DNA from: Blastocatellia bacterium
GTDB taxonomy: Bacteria > Acidobacteriota > Blastocatellia > UBA7656
NCBI GenBank assembly: GCA_036505875.1
Contig: DASXSR010000324.1
Span: 2,225-66,224 of the forward strand
DNA length: 64,000 nt
Direction: 5' to 3'
Of the stretch, positions 36,401 to 46,211 are shown in pieces. The position numbers and the translations under genes were made by a program. Position 1 is the first letter of the stretch; every line of letters starts with the position of its first letter. Below the pieces are notes generated by a model. It saw nothing but the letters and a program-made list of their open reading frames with translations. It searched no databases and was not told where the DNA came from.

Positions 36401-36467
36401 GCCCGTAGGCGGCGAAGTTGATCGTCAGCAGCAGCGAGCAGAGTGATACGGCTATGGTTTTTTTCAT
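33447..36467 (-). CDS. TonB-dependent receptor-like OM protein with CarboxypepD_reg domain and Gly/Asn/Arg-rich insert (TBDR-2)
   Basis: Signal peptide MKKTIAVSLCSLLLTINFAAYGQ. LRGTVIDETNAYIAAAPLTLQSENGLKFTTVSDDHGRYRFTVKPGVYTLTVEVEGF. Barrel ends in ...VSLRFNF. Confidence 0.85.
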   Translation of the reverse strand: MKKTIAVSLCSLLLTINFAAYGQGSIELRGTVIDETNAYIAAAPLTLQSENGLKFTTVSDDHGRYRFTVKPGVYTLTVEVEGFARFSQEIDLTTKPSGPFDVKLKVIIAEKVDVKDDSAGISTDPDKNLSAITLTEKDLQALPDDPDELLQTLKQMAGAAGGADDAAVYVGGFRERGQLPPKEAILRININQNPYSAEFSERGDARIEIITKPGADTFHGGFNFSFNDESLNARDAFATFRAPFQYRNYGGYFSGPIIRNRWGFFFDMRRNEIDGNDYVNAIVIDPATFQPTPFAATVLTPIRSSNFSIRSDYLATKQHTIGIQFRHSQNESHRGGGGGFTLPERGSNSTSSENTLRLSLTTIASERAVNEMRIQLSRRESMSRALSDAVAINVLDAFNGGGSQTFSDNQNQNLDFTDTFTYSRKKHTFKAGFRAEGVQPNNLNRSNFGGSFTFGQDFERDAQGKILLGADGAPIPISPIELYSRVVRGVPGYHPSQFSINRGDPFIGFSQWEYGVFAQDDWKVSQRLSLSGGVRQEFQTHLQDRLNLAPRFSIAFNPDKGRKSTIRGGGGIFYNYVDSGITSEVIRLSSGHQEQFVIQQPNFFLNIPPTLENGTTSRLPTTRIKEANFKDPYTMVANLSYERQLPFKLFGSVGYTWSRGVHLLRSRNINAPTRFDNGVPVLPFAGQGPILEYESNGLSERHQMNVNLRTGFSQKITLFGGYTLATMHNNTDGAGSNPANPYDLSAEWGRAGGDIRHNFFASANISLPRGFRLTPFVQARSGAPFNILTGRDNNRDNQFSDRPSFANPGDPGAIVTRFGTFNPDPLPGEAIIPRNFGQGPGFFSVNLGVSKTFGFGPPPNNYGNAMANRGRDGQNGRGQNQANSQGQNRGNRGGGGGATPNRGGGGGGGAQMITRGGGPGGGGGNVMMMGGGGDVRHKYNLTISVNANDILNHVNFANYNGVLTSPFFGRANRTASSSLGGGGFGGGFFGGGAGSRRIDVSLRFNF

Positions 36468-36521
36468 CTATCTGTCCTTCTTCTTGCTGATTCGCTCCGC
36501 GAAGCGTAGAAGTTCCACTAC

Positions 36522-36959
36522 TTACTGCTTTTTGTGGCCCTGCTCTCTTTCCTCTTGCATCTTCTTGTCGTGTTCCTCCACCATCTGCTCGTACTTTGGC
36601 AGTTGTTCGGGAGTCAGCAACGCGCGGATGCGGTCGCGCGACTCTTGCCGCACGGCGTTAAATCTTGGCACGAAGGGTTTGACCGCCGGATCCATTTCCT
36701 GCCGGATCGCTCGATACTTCTCGCTGGTCTCGTCGAGAATCTTTTTGATTTGATCCTGCTGATCGCCGGTGAGTCCCACTCTTTGGTTCATGCGGTTAAG
36801 CAAGAATTCGGTGCCGCCGCGAGTCGGTTCCTTTTTTCTATCAGAGCCCGTAAGGCTCTGATAGAGATTGAGCGACAGGGCGCCGGCTGCAAAACCGATC
36901 ACGAACACTGTCACCACAATGAGACGAGCCTTTGTCTGGCTGGTTGTCTTACTTTCCAT
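36522..36959 (-). CDS. Periplasmic Spy/CpxP-like (LTxxQ motif) protein
   Basis: Start at ATG 36959 (AGGAGAGG SD) with a TM/signal segment. Two LTxxQ motifs (LTGDQQDQIKKILDE, LTPEQLPKYEQM). Confidence 0.75.
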   Translation of the reverse strand: MESKTTSQTKARLIVVTVFVIGFAAGALSLNLYQSLTGSDRKKEPTRGGTEFLLNRMNQRVGLTGDQQDQIKKILDETSEKYRAIRQEMDPAVKPFVPRFNAVRQESRDRIRALLTPEQLPKYEQMVEEHDKKMQEEREQGHKKQ

Positions 36960-37455
36960 TTTGCCTCTCCTCGATCGCAACTAAGGTCTCGAGCACGTCG
37001 TCGCGCGTTGGGGCAGGATAATCATACATATCGCTGAACATCACGCGCTCTCTTGGACGAATTGCAGCCTGGCTAGCGCCAGGAGGTTGTTGATTCCACA
37101 ACAATGTCGCGCCGAGGATCACGAGCAGCAGCACTGCCATTGCCGGAACAAGTTGACGAGCGGTCAGCAGCAATGCAGCCGCCCAGGATTCTTCAGCGCG
37201 AGTCGGGGAGAGTTCTGGGCCGCGCGCGATCCTCGCGCGCAGCGCTCTAAAGAAATCTTTATCAGGCACCACCTGCTCCGGCGAGGCAGCCAGATCCAAC
37301 GCCCGCCGTTGCAAGTCAAACAACCGATACTCAAACGCACAGTGCGCACAGCTCTGCAAGTGACGCGCGAGAGTCGCATCGCCGGCCGCCTGCGCAAATA
37401 GCCTCCGCGCCTGTCGGCATCCGACAGGCGCTTCTTTACTCAACTTCCTTTTCAT
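36949..37455 (-). CDS. Anti-sigma factor (zf-HC2 type), single-pass membrane
   Basis: CRQARRLFAQAAGDATLARHLQSCAHCAFEY carries the H-x3-C-x2-C motif. One TM segment (LVPAMAVLLLVILGATLLW). The 4-nt overlap with the sigma gene indicates coupling. Confidence 0.8.
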   Translation of the reverse strand: MKRKLSKEAPVGCRQARRLFAQAAGDATLARHLQSCAHCAFEYRLFDLQRRALDLAASPEQVVPDKDFFRALRARIARGPELSPTRAEESWAAALLLTARQLVPAMAVLLLVILGATLLWNQQPPGASQAAIRPRERVMFSDMYDYPAPTRDDVLETLVAIEERQNGK

Positions 37456-38180
37456 TTCTTTTTACTCCTCTGCATTCGCTCTCCACTGAGGACCAATCGC
37501 TTCATCGCTGCTCGAAGAACGCGGCGCGCGCGGAAGGCTCGCACCTTGACCTTCGATTGGCCCCACCCGGTCATCTCCGAAACTTCCTTCACCGAGAAAC
37601 CGTCCCTATCGATTAGCACCACCACCAACCGGTCTTCAGGATCGAGCTTTGCCAACAATCGCTCGGCGATCTCGGCCGCGTCGCGCTGACGCTCCGCGCT
37701 TGCGTGACGCTCCTGCGCGACTTCGAACATCTGCAGCTCGAACCACTCATCTTCCTTCTGCGTCTCGTGCGCCCACTGCTGCTCGATCCGCCGCCGCTGC
37801 GCGCGCAGGTGATCGTAACAAGCGTTCACTGTGATCTTAGCCACCCACGCTTCGAATGACCGCCCAAGAGTAAAAGTGCCCAGCGAGAAGTACGCTTTGG
37901 CGAAGACTTCCTGCGCGATGTCATCGATCATATCGCGGCGCCGGAAGAAGCTGCCGACTATGCTGAACACTCGTTGGCTGTGACGCCGCACCAGCGCCTC
38001 GAAGGCGTCGCCGTCCCCCGCCAGGCTACGCCTGATCAGCTCATCTTCATCCCTTGCGCGAGCTGTTTCATCAGGCGTCGGCGCGTGTTCGTCCGCCAGG
38101 TGATCGAACTGTTCGTCAACGACAGCTTGACGAACAGTGCTATGCGCGTTGGGGTTATCTACGTTCAATCCACGCTCCAC
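37452..38180 (-). CDS. ECF-type RNA polymerase sigma-70 factor
   Basis: Region 2 (DAFEALVRRHSQRVFSIVGSFFRR..DIAQEVFAKAY) and region 4 (FSVKEVSEMTGWGQSKVKVRAFRARRVL). GTG 38180 or TTG 38168 could be the start. The N-terminal extension is unusually long (about 50 aa). Confidence 0.85.
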   Translation of the reverse strand: MERGLNVDNPNAHSTVRQAVVDEQFDHLADEHAPTPDETARARDEDELIRRSLAGDGDAFEALVRRHSQRVFSIVGSFFRRRDMIDDIAQEVFAKAYFSLGTFTLGRSFEAWVAKITVNACYDHLRAQRRRIEQQWAHETQKEDEWFELQMFEVAQERHASAERQRDAAEIAERLLAKLDPEDRLVVVLIDRDGFSVKEVSEMTGWGQSKVKVRAFRARRVLRAAMKRLVLSGERMQRSKKK

Positions 38181-38263
38181 TGTGTTGCTGGATAATCGTA
38201 CCGGATGCTGCTCTCACAGACTGCCGGCGCGATCGGGGTTGATCAGTTTAACTAAACTCGACT

Positions 38264-38287
38264 AACGCTCTAACGCTAGCTTTGTTC
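38264..38287 (-). promoter_or_regulatory. Candidate ECF-type autoregulated promoter
   Basis: Minus strand reads GAAC (38287-38284), 16 nt, CGTT (38267-38264), about 85 nt upstream of the sigma start. This resembles the generic GGAAC-N16-CGTT ECF architecture, but only 4+4 nt match. Confidence 0.3.
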
Positions 38288-38471
38288 GGCTTTTTCATCA
38301 ACCCGCAGCCACTCTAATCGGCTGCGTCCCACAGCGAGTCGTCGCGTGGAATGACCCGCTCCCCGGCCACGTGTATTTGCAAAGAGCTGTTGCTGACCTG
38401 CGCGCTACTCGGCCAGCACCGTATAAGACGATAAGAATACGGGAATGGTTACTAAAAGTCTGAAGATATTA

Positions 38472-39815
38472 CTAGTACAACGGTTTGATCGCCGCGCCTG
38501 TGAAGTAGTGGGAGAGGATTTCTTGATGCCGATATTCGCGATCTGCCATCACTGCCGCGCCGATCTGGCAAAGTCCCACGCCGTGTCCCCATCCCGCACC
38601 GATCAGGCTGAATCGGGCTGGATACTCGGAAGGTTCTCCGCCTGCGACTTGAACTACAAACGCCGAGCTGTACAGGTGCGAGCGCGAAAGTGCGCGGCGA
38701 ATCTCCAGTTCCTTGCCGATCACCAGCGTTCGCTTCTCACCGGCGATCCTCAGCTTTATGATCCGACCCGACTCACCGCGCTCGATGGGGACCAACGCCC
38801 TGAGCCGTCCAAAGTCCACACCCAGCTTCGAAAGTAAGATCGAGCACAACTCGTCTTGCGAATAGTCGACGCGCCAACGATAGAAGTCTCGCGTCTCCTG
38901 GTCCAGGCCCGGCAGAATATTGGCCAGAAGCTCCGGTGTCGGCATGCCGCAGTAGGCGAGCGGCGATTCGGTGATCCAATCCTCCGCGTTGGCATCGATC
39001 GACAGCGGAAGCCGATAACCCGGGGCGATGTTTCCCGGACCGTCAAACACCGGCTTGAGATAAGGCACGTCGCGATCTTGCCACGCGGCGCTGTAGCTCT
39101 CGGTCATTCCGCCGCAGCACTTCGAATAGCGGGCGTCGCAAACGTCATCACCGTACATCAGCGCCTGGCCCTTGGTGTCGCGGACGGCCGCAAAGGCGGT
39201 CTCAGACAGAGCCTTCGATATGCCTTGATATCTCTGGCAGTGATCGTCCGCGCAAACGTCAAAGTCTTGATGGTTGTCGCGGCTATACCAGCGTATGATT
39301 TCTTCGTCCGAACCGTCGCTTTGCGCTGCTCGCGTTAATGTTGGAGCCGCGGGGTCTGCTCTTCTCAATTGCGCGAGCAGCCAGCTCCGGGACACGATGG
39401 CGTGGGCTCGAAGAAACTCAGGCGGGCAAGACGCGCTCATCTCCGAGGAGATGACGCTTACCAGATAAGACTCGAGCGGCAACTCGTTGATGAAAGTTAC
39501 ACCATTGCCGCTCGGAATCAGTTTCAGAGTGCCCTGGAACTGCTCGGTCTCCTCGCGCTCCCAGTGGAAGTCGATGCCGATCTTCACGTTGTGAACTATG
39601 AAACGGCACGAGTCGAAGTCAACCGGGGTTAGAGCGATCGTCGGCGCGCTGATTGCGGTTTCGCCTTCCAGCCTGACCGCGCCGTTTTGAGGTGATGCTG
39701 TGTAGATGCCTGCCTTGACCGGACGGCGGTCACCGGTCACAAAAGCGCCTTCCAACGCGAAGCGCACCGCGGTCGCGGTCATCAACCCAACTCTGATTGT
39801 GGGCATACTGGACAA
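38472..39815 (-). CDS. SpoIID/LytB domain protein
   Basis: Motifs AIVSRSWLLAQL, DVCADDHCQRYQG and GWGHGVGLCQIGA. Confidence 0.85.
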   Translation of the reverse strand: MSSMPTIRVGLMTATAVRFALEGAFVTGDRRPVKAGIYTASPQNGAVRLEGETAISAPTIALTPVDFDSCRFIVHNVKIGIDFHWEREETEQFQGTLKLIPSGNGVTFINELPLESYLVSVISSEMSASCPPEFLRAHAIVSRSWLLAQLRRADPAAPTLTRAAQSDGSDEEIIRWYSRDNHQDFDVCADDHCQRYQGISKALSETAFAAVRDTKGQALMYGDDVCDARYSKCCGGMTESYSAAWQDRDVPYLKPVFDGPGNIAPGYRLPLSIDANAEDWITESPLAYCGMPTPELLANILPGLDQETRDFYRWRVDYSQDELCSILLSKLGVDFGRLRALVPIERGESGRIIKLRIAGEKRTLVIGKELEIRRALSRSHLYSSAFVVQVAGGEPSEYPARFSLIGAGWGHGVGLCQIGAAVMADREYRHQEILSHYFTGAAIKPLY

Positions 39816-39901
39816 TGTTCAGTGAATATAAAGGCTGTGAGTATGACGAGACAAGCTGGGATACAAGCGCGCTCGCCGCGGCGAAGCGCGAGAGCTCGTG
39901 C

Positions 39902-42073
39902 CTAAAACTTTAACTTGATCCCGCCGTTGAAGACTCGGCCTTCGGTGTGAGTATAGATCTCGCTGAACGTCGGGCTTTGGTGAGGCGGAAGCACCACCGG
40001 TCCGAAGCGGCTTTGACGCGTGTCGGTGATGTTCTCGGCGTTTACGAACAGACTCATCTTCCCGAAGGTCTTCTCGCCGAACAGGCCGAAGACCGAGAAA
40101 GACTTCGTCTTGACCCCGGTGCTCAAGAGCTGGCTGCTGCTGTAGTAGGCTTCCAGACCGGCTTTGAAATCCCCATCTTTTTCAAACAGCAACGCTGAGT
40201 TTATTCGGCTTCTCGGAACGAGTGGCAATGTTTGATCTCCCGTCAGGTAGCTCGCTTTTGCGTCAGTGAAGGTGTAGCCGGCGAATAGTTTCACCAGGTC
40301 ATAAACGATGCGCACGTTCGTCTCAAAGCCGGCGCTTCGGATCGGCTGGCCGGCATTCACGAAACTGAAAACGCCGCCGCCGCTCGCGTTCAATAACAGC
40401 GGGTTCTCGATTCTCGTGTAGAAGAACATCTGATTGAGCGACCAGGAGACTTTCTCGCCCATCCTTTTTCGGTAATTCACATCGAAGGTCCCGCCACCGC
40501 TGCGCTCGGCCTTGATCGTACGATCAATCGGAAGGACGTTTCGAAAGAGCAGCATTTCGGCTTGCTCGGCGAAAATGCTCGGCGCTTTGTAGCCAAGGCC
40601 CACACCGAAGCGGCTGGTGAGATTGTCAGTGAGCCTGTACAAGATCGACACGCGAGGCAAAGGGAAAACACCGTAATGTCGAAGGTGATCGAGACGAAGC
40701 CCGGCTTCGAGAGATAATCTGCTGGTGAGATCGAAATTGTCCTGAGCGTATACCCCAATGGTTGTTCGTGTTTCGTTGCGCTTGATCAGACTGCTGTCTG
40801 AGGACTCCCTGAACCGGTCGTAGACAGAGTTGAAACCGAACACAAGCGCGTGATTTCCCGCGGGCTGAAAATACGAAACGTCGGTGTAAGAGTTGAACTG
40901 CCGGCCTTTGAACAAGTAATCCGGAATCTCGATCTTCCGGCTGAAAGAGGCAATGCTTTGTTTGGCGATGATCTTTTTGCCGGAGGAGAATTCACGCTCG
41001 AACTGCGCGGTGGTGATGTTTCGAAGCGACCTATCTTCCTCGAAGTATCGGTGGAAGTCATCGGCCCTACCGCGAATGAGAAAGATGTCGCCGCCCTTTC
41101 GGTTCTGGTATGTCGTCGAATTTCCGATTATCAGGCGGGTCTTGTCGTCAAGATAAAAGAAACCTCTCGGGTTGAGATTGAACGATTGAGTCCTTGGAAG
41201 CTCGGTGAAATCGTCAGCGTCAACATCATATTCTCTCTGATAGTTGACTGAACCGAGAAACGTGTAGCCCAGTCGCCTGAACCTCTGTGAGTCGAACAAG
41301 GAAAAGTCAGTTCCGAGCGCCGTCGTTTGATTGAAGATCATCGACGTAACGCGTTTCTGTTGCGGGTCTTTGCTGATGAAATTGACGACTCCGGCGATCG
41401 CTCCACCGCCGTAAAATGTCGCCGAGGGCCCTTTGATGATCTCGACCTGTTTCAGGTCGAGCGGCGGAATGTCCAGGAGACTCAGGCTCCCCGAGAACCC
41501 GCCAAACGCAGGAAACCCATCTTTGAGGATTTGCGTGTATCTGCCGTCCAGCCCTTGAATGCGAATGCTCTGAGTGTTGGATGTGGCGGAAGTCTGCTGG
41601 ACCTTGATTCCCGTGCTCTCGTTGAGGACCATCGAAACGTTCGACGGGCGCATGCTAATTTTCTCGTCCAGCTCTTCTTCATTAATGGCTTCGATGCGCG
41701 TCGGCACATCTTCAATCTCACGGCTGATGCGGGTAGTTGACGTGATGGTCACTTCACCAAGCTCGTTGTGGACCTTGATGAGAATTGATCGCTCACCCTG
41801 GTCGAGAAGCGGGAAAGTGAATTTCGTCTCTTTAGTTTCGTAGCCCGGTGAAAAGACTTCGATGATATGCTCGCCGTTGGGGACGTTGGTCAATTCGACT
41901 CTTCCATTGGCGTCGGTCGTTGCGGTGATTTCCGTGCCTTTGACCGAAACGGTTGCGCCCGCCACTGGTTGCTTAGTCTCCGCGTTCTTGATCGAGGCCT
42001 TGAATGTGTTTTGCGCGAAGGCGACCTGCCAGGTCAGCAGGAAGGAAAGAAGTAGGAGGATGCCGTGTCTCAT
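39902..42073 (-). CDS. TonB-dependent receptor with CarboxypepD_reg domain and plug (TBDR-3)
   Basis: Signal peptide MRHGILLLLSFLLTWQVAFAQ. The plug region contains VQQTSATSNTQSIRIQGLDGRYTQILKDGFP and VEIIKGPSATFYGGGAIAGVVNFI. C-terminus ...GGIKLKF. Confidence 0.88.
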   Translation of the reverse strand: MRHGILLLLSFLLTWQVAFAQNTFKASIKNAETKQPVAGATVSVKGTEITATTDANGRVELTNVPNGEHIIEVFSPGYETKETKFTFPLLDQGERSILIKVHNELGEVTITSTTRISREIEDVPTRIEAINEEELDEKISMRPSNVSMVLNESTGIKVQQTSATSNTQSIRIQGLDGRYTQILKDGFPAFGGFSGSLSLLDIPPLDLKQVEIIKGPSATFYGGGAIAGVVNFISKDPQQKRVTSMIFNQTTALGTDFSLFDSQRFRRLGYTFLGSVNYQREYDVDADDFTELPRTQSFNLNPRGFFYLDDKTRLIIGNSTTYQNRKGGDIFLIRGRADDFHRYFEEDRSLRNITTAQFEREFSSGKKIIAKQSIASFSRKIEIPDYLFKGRQFNSYTDVSYFQPAGNHALVFGFNSVYDRFRESSDSSLIKRNETRTTIGVYAQDNFDLTSRLSLEAGLRLDHLRHYGVFPLPRVSILYRLTDNLTSRFGVGLGYKAPSIFAEQAEMLLFRNVLPIDRTIKAERSGGGTFDVNYRKRMGEKVSWSLNQMFFYTRIENPLLLNASGGGVFSFVNAGQPIRSAGFETNVRIVYDLVKLFAGYTFTDAKASYLTGDQTLPLVPRSRINSALLFEKDGDFKAGLEAYYSSSQLLSTGVKTKSFSVFGLFGEKTFGKMSLFVNAENITDTRQSRFGPVVLPPHQSPTFSEIYTHTEGRVFNGGIKLKF

Positions 42074-42181
42074 GATCTTAATTAACCCTTTCGAAACTTA
42101 AGCCAACAAGATCGACGCACACCTGATGAGCATTTGGCTAACGCCGAATGAAATGCGGATTAGAAGTCTAAACGCCGGCAG

Positions 42182-42544
42182 CTAAATCTGAAGTTGAGGC
42201 AGGCTCTTGAGCGGCGGGACTGCGAATGGCTGCCGTTGCTGAAGCGAGGCCAACGCGAGACTATCAATCTGAGATTGAACGGAATCATTTAGGCCGGAAA
42301 CCACAACTGATGTGTGAAGGTCTAGCCCATTGCCTTCGCGTTCGCGAATTGCCGCCTTCGGAAAGGAAGTCAGCGGACAGCCTTCGCAATCAGATCCGGC
42401 CATTCTCTCGGTTGCTGTTGAAACTCTGTCGTTACGGTGCTCTACACCTTCCCGGGTACAAATCGAAACACAGGCGACAAAAAGCCAGAGCAAACTGACG
42501 GGCAGCAAAATCGCGATCCACTTATTGAGCGAAGCGCATTTCAT
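42182..42544 (-). CDS. Small Cys-containing membrane protein upstream of TBDR-3
   Basis: Start taken at ATG 42544 (MKCASLNKWIAILLPVSLLWLFVACVSIC...). Carries CVSIC and CEGC motifs. No family recognised. Confidence 0.45.
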   Translation of the reverse strand: MKCASLNKWIAILLPVSLLWLFVACVSICTREGVEHRNDRVSTATERMAGSDCEGCPLTSFPKAAIREREGNGLDLHTSVVVSGLNDSVQSQIDSLALASLQQRQPFAVPPLKSLPQLQI

Positions 42545-42612
42545 TAGCAGCGCAAAATGATACAAGACGGATTCCAATTAGGCAATTGGCTTCCTGAATA
42601 TAGGACTGCGGC

Positions 42613-43614
42613 TCAGTCAATCGCAAATGCATCGATCATCGCGCACACATCGTCTCCAAGCGGATAGAGAACCGGACAAGTGCAACCGGTGTCGATGTAT
42701 TCCTGCACTTTCGCGTGACACTCGTCAGGCGTGCCCGAGGCTGTGATGAGCTGAACGACTTCATCGGGGACCAGCTTCATAGCTTCACGAATCTGACGCT
42801 CTTCAGCAGGCCAAGTCAAGACACGACTGATCTCGTCAAGCAAGTCCGGTCTCACGCCGCTCGCTTTCATTATGTGCGGCTGCTGGCCGAGATACTGAGT
42901 GACTAACTCGCGAGCATTGTCCAACGCTCGAGAACGGTCCTTGTCCAGCGAGCAAACCACGAGTTGGGGGCGATCGATCTGCTCGAGGGTGCGACCCGCG
43001 CGTTCGGCGCCGGCGCGAAGATGTTCCATCGCTTCGCGGTTGTAAGCGGGCGACACGAGATAGTTGAGCAAGACTCCGTCGGCTATCTCGCCTGCAAGCT
43101 CCATCATCTTCATTCCAGTCGCGCCGACGTAAATTGGAACCGCCTTGGGCGAGCGGTCGCCATGAACGATGTCGATCTCGATGTCCTCGACCTGGACGAA
43201 CTCGCCCTTGAAGGTGACCTTCTCCATCGCGAGCAACCGGCGCACGACCTCAACGGTTTCGCGCATTGCTTGAAGCGGCTTGCGACGATTGACTCCGACT
43301 TTTGACGCAAGCGGCTCCCACCACACGCCCAGTCCGCACATCGCGCGACCAGGCGCGAGATCGTCTAAGGTTGAAAACGTGGCAGCGATCAAAGCCGCGT
43401 TGCGGGTCCAGTTGTTGATCACGCCAGAACCGATTTTGATTCGCTCGGTGGTCGCAGCATAAGCCGCCATCGGAACGATCGCATCGCGCACGAGTCGTGA
43501 TTCGGCCTGCCACACGGCTTCGAAGCCTCGCGACTCGGCGTAACGCACATAGTCTATCGCTTCACGAAGCGGATGTTTGTCCTGGAGGTAAAGTGCAACT
43601 CGGCTGTTCGTCAT
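42613..43614 (-). CDS. Luciferase-like (LLM class) flavin/F420-dependent oxidoreductase
   Basis: The domain starts at ATG 43614 ([41 protein letters not shown]...). The 175-aa upstream extension of the track ORF overlaps the divergent VOC gene and looks non-coding. Confidence 0.8.
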   Translation of the reverse strand: MTNSRVALYLQDKHPLREAIDYVRYAESRGFEAVWQAESRLVRDAIVPMAAYAATTERIKIGSGVINNWTRNAALIAATFSTLDDLAPGRAMCGLGVWWEPLASKVGVNRRKPLQAMRETVEVVRRLLAMEKVTFKGEFVQVEDIEIDIVHGDRSPKAVPIYVGATGMKMMELAGEIADGVLLNYLVSPAYNREAMEHLRAGAERAGRTLEQIDRPQLVVCSLDKDRSRALDNARELVTQYLGQQPHIMKASGVRPDLLDEISRVLTWPAEERQIREAMKLVPDEVVQLITASGTPDECHAKVQEYIDTGCTCPVLYPLGDDVCAMIDAFAID

Positions 43615-43803
43615 ATTCCTACGGGTCCTTTTAGCGAAATTGCTTGGGACATTATACAATTGTGCGGTCGCGAGCAAGTGGAACAGATCCCAGCGTATTT
43701 TGAGTGTTGAACATGCAACCACTACGTGGTTGTAAAACGAGGTTGTCCTGTTTTCGACGTTGCACGACACACCGAAGTGTCGGGCACGTTGGAAGGAGTC
43801 AAT

Positions 43804-44181
43804 ATGCTGCCAATACGAGGAGTTTACGAAGTCGCGATTCGCGTCAAAGACCTGACGAAAGCCGAGCCTTTTTATCGCGAAGTGCTTGGTCTGGAAGTCG
43901 GCATTCGAGATGAAAAGCGGAACTGGCTGTTCTTGCGAGCGGGCGGCGATGGGGGAATCGTTGTGCTTCAAGAAGATAAAGGGGAATGGCCGTTGCAGCA
44001 TTTCGCGTTCACGATTGATGAATCTGATATTGAACAGGCGGCATCGGCTCTTCGAGAACAAGGTGTCGAAGTGGAAGGGCCGATTTTTCACGGTTGGATG
44101 CCCGCAACTTCGCTTTACTTCAAAGATCCGGATGGCCACGCGCTTGAGTTGTGCGCCAATGCAAAGCGAGCAAGGCAGTGA
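43804..44181 (+). CDS. VOC/glyoxalase-family protein
   Basis: Start at ATG 43804. [25 protein letters not shown]...HFAFTI...[13 protein letters not shown]. Confidence 0.8.
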   Translation: MLPIRGVYEVAIRVKDLTKAEPFYREVLGLEVGIRDEKRNWLFLRAGGDGGIVVLQEDKGEWPLQHFAFTIDESDIEQAASALREQGVEVEGPIFHGWMPATSLYFKDPDGHALELCANAKRARQ

Positions 44182-45818
44182 TTAAGACACCAGACCTAAT
44201 ACTCAGGCGAGGCGAGATCATAGACGGCACGGGCTGCCCTGCATTCATCGGCGACGTTGCGATCCGTCACAACTGGATTCTCGCGGTCGACGACGCGCCG
44301 GGATCGCTTCACTGCGCTGTGCAAGAGCTCGATTGCAAAGACTTGGTTATCGCACCGGGCTTCATCGACACTCACAGCCACTCAGACCTTCGCGTGTTAA
44401 CCGAGCCCGAGCTACCGATGAAGGTCCGCCAGGGCATCACCCTTGAAGTATTCGGACAGGACGGCATCTCTGTCGCTCCCATTCGCAGGGCTGACCGCCC
44501 GCAGATGGAGCGAACGCTCGCCGGTCTGCTTGGCAAGCTTGATCGCGAATGGGACTGGGAGTCGGTGGGTGAGTACCTTGCGGCGATTGACCGAGCGAGG
44601 CCGTCGCTTGATTGCAGCTATTTGATCCCGCACGGAGCAGTTCGGTTGAGCGCGATGGGAATGGAAGATCGGCAGGCGACGCCTCAGGAAATCACGGCGA
44701 TGCAGGAGCTGATTCGCCAATCGATGCGCGAGGGCGCGCTCGGAATGTCGACCGGTTTGATCTATCCGCCTTGTTGTTTTGCAGACACATCGGAGTTGAT
44801 CGAGCTGTGCAAAGCCGTCGCCGAATTTGACGGCGTTTTCGTCGCGCACATGCGCAGCGAGAGCGATTACCTCGAAGACGCCGTCGCTGAGATGATTGAG
44901 ATTGGAAAGCGCTCAGGTGTGCGTGTGCACATCTCCCACTTCAAAGTCGCCGGGCGCGAGAATTGGCCGATCATCGACGGCGTGCTGGAGATGGTCCGCA
45001 TCGCCCGGGCCGAAGGCTTGCGACTGACGGCGGATCAATATCCCTACATAGCGGGGTCGACCATGCTCGGCGCGATCTTGCCTCCGTGGGCGCACGCGGG
45101 AGGAGTCGAAGAAACTCTCGCGCGGCTTGCCGGCGCAGAGGAGCGCGAGCGAATGCGCGACGCTATGCTCTCGCGCGAGCGGTCGGAGTGGGACAACTTT
45201 TGGAAGTGGTCGGGCCCGGAAGGGATCATCGTGTCGGACATTCCTTCGGGGCGTCATCCAGAATTCGTTGGCAAGAATCTGGCTGAAGCGGGGGCGCTCT
45301 CAAACAAATCTGACAGCCGAGTCAGCGAAGAAGCCGCCGCCGATTTCGCATTTGATCTCTTAGCCGAAGAGCGCATGGGCGTCGGGATGATTTCATTCAG
45401 CCAATCCGAAGAAGTCGTCCAAAAGATCATGCGCGAGCCTTACGTGAACGTTTGCACCGATGGTCTGCTTGGAGGCAAGCCTCACCCTCGGGCGTACGGA
45501 ACCTACCCGCGAATACTTGGGCGCTACGTGCGGGAGTTGAATGTATTGAAGCTCGAAGAAGCCGTGCGCAAGATGAGCGGGCTTGCGGCGGAGACTTTCA
45601 GCCTTAAGCACTACGGCTGCATCGAAGAGGGCTGGCAGGCAAACCTGGTGGTGTTCGATCCTCAACGAGTGATTGATCGCGCGACCTTCGAAGATTCAAA
45701 GCAATATCCGGAGGGAATCGAGCACGTGATTGTTGAGGGCCAGCCGGTGGTTCGGCATCGAGAAAATTACAATTCAGGAAGCGGTACTGCAATTAAGTTG
45801 GAGCCCCGCACGTTGTAG
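44151..45818 (+). CDS. N-acyl-D-amino-acid deacylase (D-aminoacylase, amidohydrolase superfamily)
   Basis: [14 protein letters not shown]...[14 protein letters not shown]... An alternative start, GTG 44178, overlaps the VOC stop (GTGA). Confidence 0.8.
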   Translation: MRQCKASKAVIKTPDLILRRGEIIDGTGCPAFIGDVAIRHNWILAVDDAPGSLHCAVQELDCKDLVIAPGFIDTHSHSDLRVLTEPELPMKVRQGITLEVFGQDGISVAPIRRADRPQMERTLAGLLGKLDREWDWESVGEYLAAIDRARPSLDCSYLIPHGAVRLSAMGMEDRQATPQEITAMQELIRQSMREGALGMSTGLIYPPCCFADTSELIELCKAVAEFDGVFVAHMRSESDYLEDAVAEMIEIGKRSGVRVHISHFKVAGRENWPIIDGVLEMVRIARAEGLRLTADQYPYIAGSTMLGAILPPWAHAGGVEETLARLAGAEERERMRDAMLSRERSEWDNFWKWSGPEGIIVSDIPSGRHPEFVGKNLAEAGALSNKSDSRVSEEAAADFAFDLLAEERMGVGMISFSQSEEVVQKIMREPYVNVCTDGLLGGKPHPRAYGTYPRILGRYVRELNVLKLEEAVRKMSGLAAETFSLKHYGCIEEGWQANLVVFDPQRVIDRATFEDSKQYPEGIEHVIVEGQPVVRHRENYNSGSGTAIKLEPRTL

Positions 45819-45865
45819 CGAGGTTCTCATAATCACGGATAGTTAGTAGTTCCTAAAAATCCCGT

Positions 45866-46156
45866 TCACCTGCTGACAACGGTTCTGGTCTCGCGCGTTG
45901 CTTCCCAACCGGACTCGTCATCCGAGTATCTTGACAGAAGCTCACCCAGAACTTTCTCACCATGAATCTTGCCGCTACTGAAGAATTTTTCTATTTCAAC
46001 CGAGCCGTCGCGGAAAAACTCGATTTCCCAGCGCTCTCCCGGCGCGGCGGCGATGACCATGACTGCATCAGGGCGATTATGGGCGAGTGTGTAGTTGATT
46101 CCCCTTTGTTCCAAATCCCCCAAGAACGTGTCTAGTTTGTCAAATGCAGCGCTCAT
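45866..46156 (-). CDS. Hypothetical small protein
   Basis: 96-aa ORF. No motif recognised. Confidence 0.5.
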   Translation of the reverse strand: MSAAFDKLDTFLGDLEQRGINYTLAHNRPDAVMVIAAAPGERWEIEFFRDGSVEIEKFFSSGKIHGEKVLGELLSRYSDDESGWEATRETRTVVSR

Positions 46157-46211
46157 CTGTCGAACCTCTTATCGGTTAGTAGCTTCCGAACAATTTTAAA
46201 GCCGGGTGCGT

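Noticed and set aside
42613-44139. The full 508-aa form of the LLM oxidoreductase ORF.
   Set aside because: The luciferase-like domain begins at Met 176 (ATG 43614). The upstream 175 codons overlap the divergent VOC gene and show no domain-like sequence.
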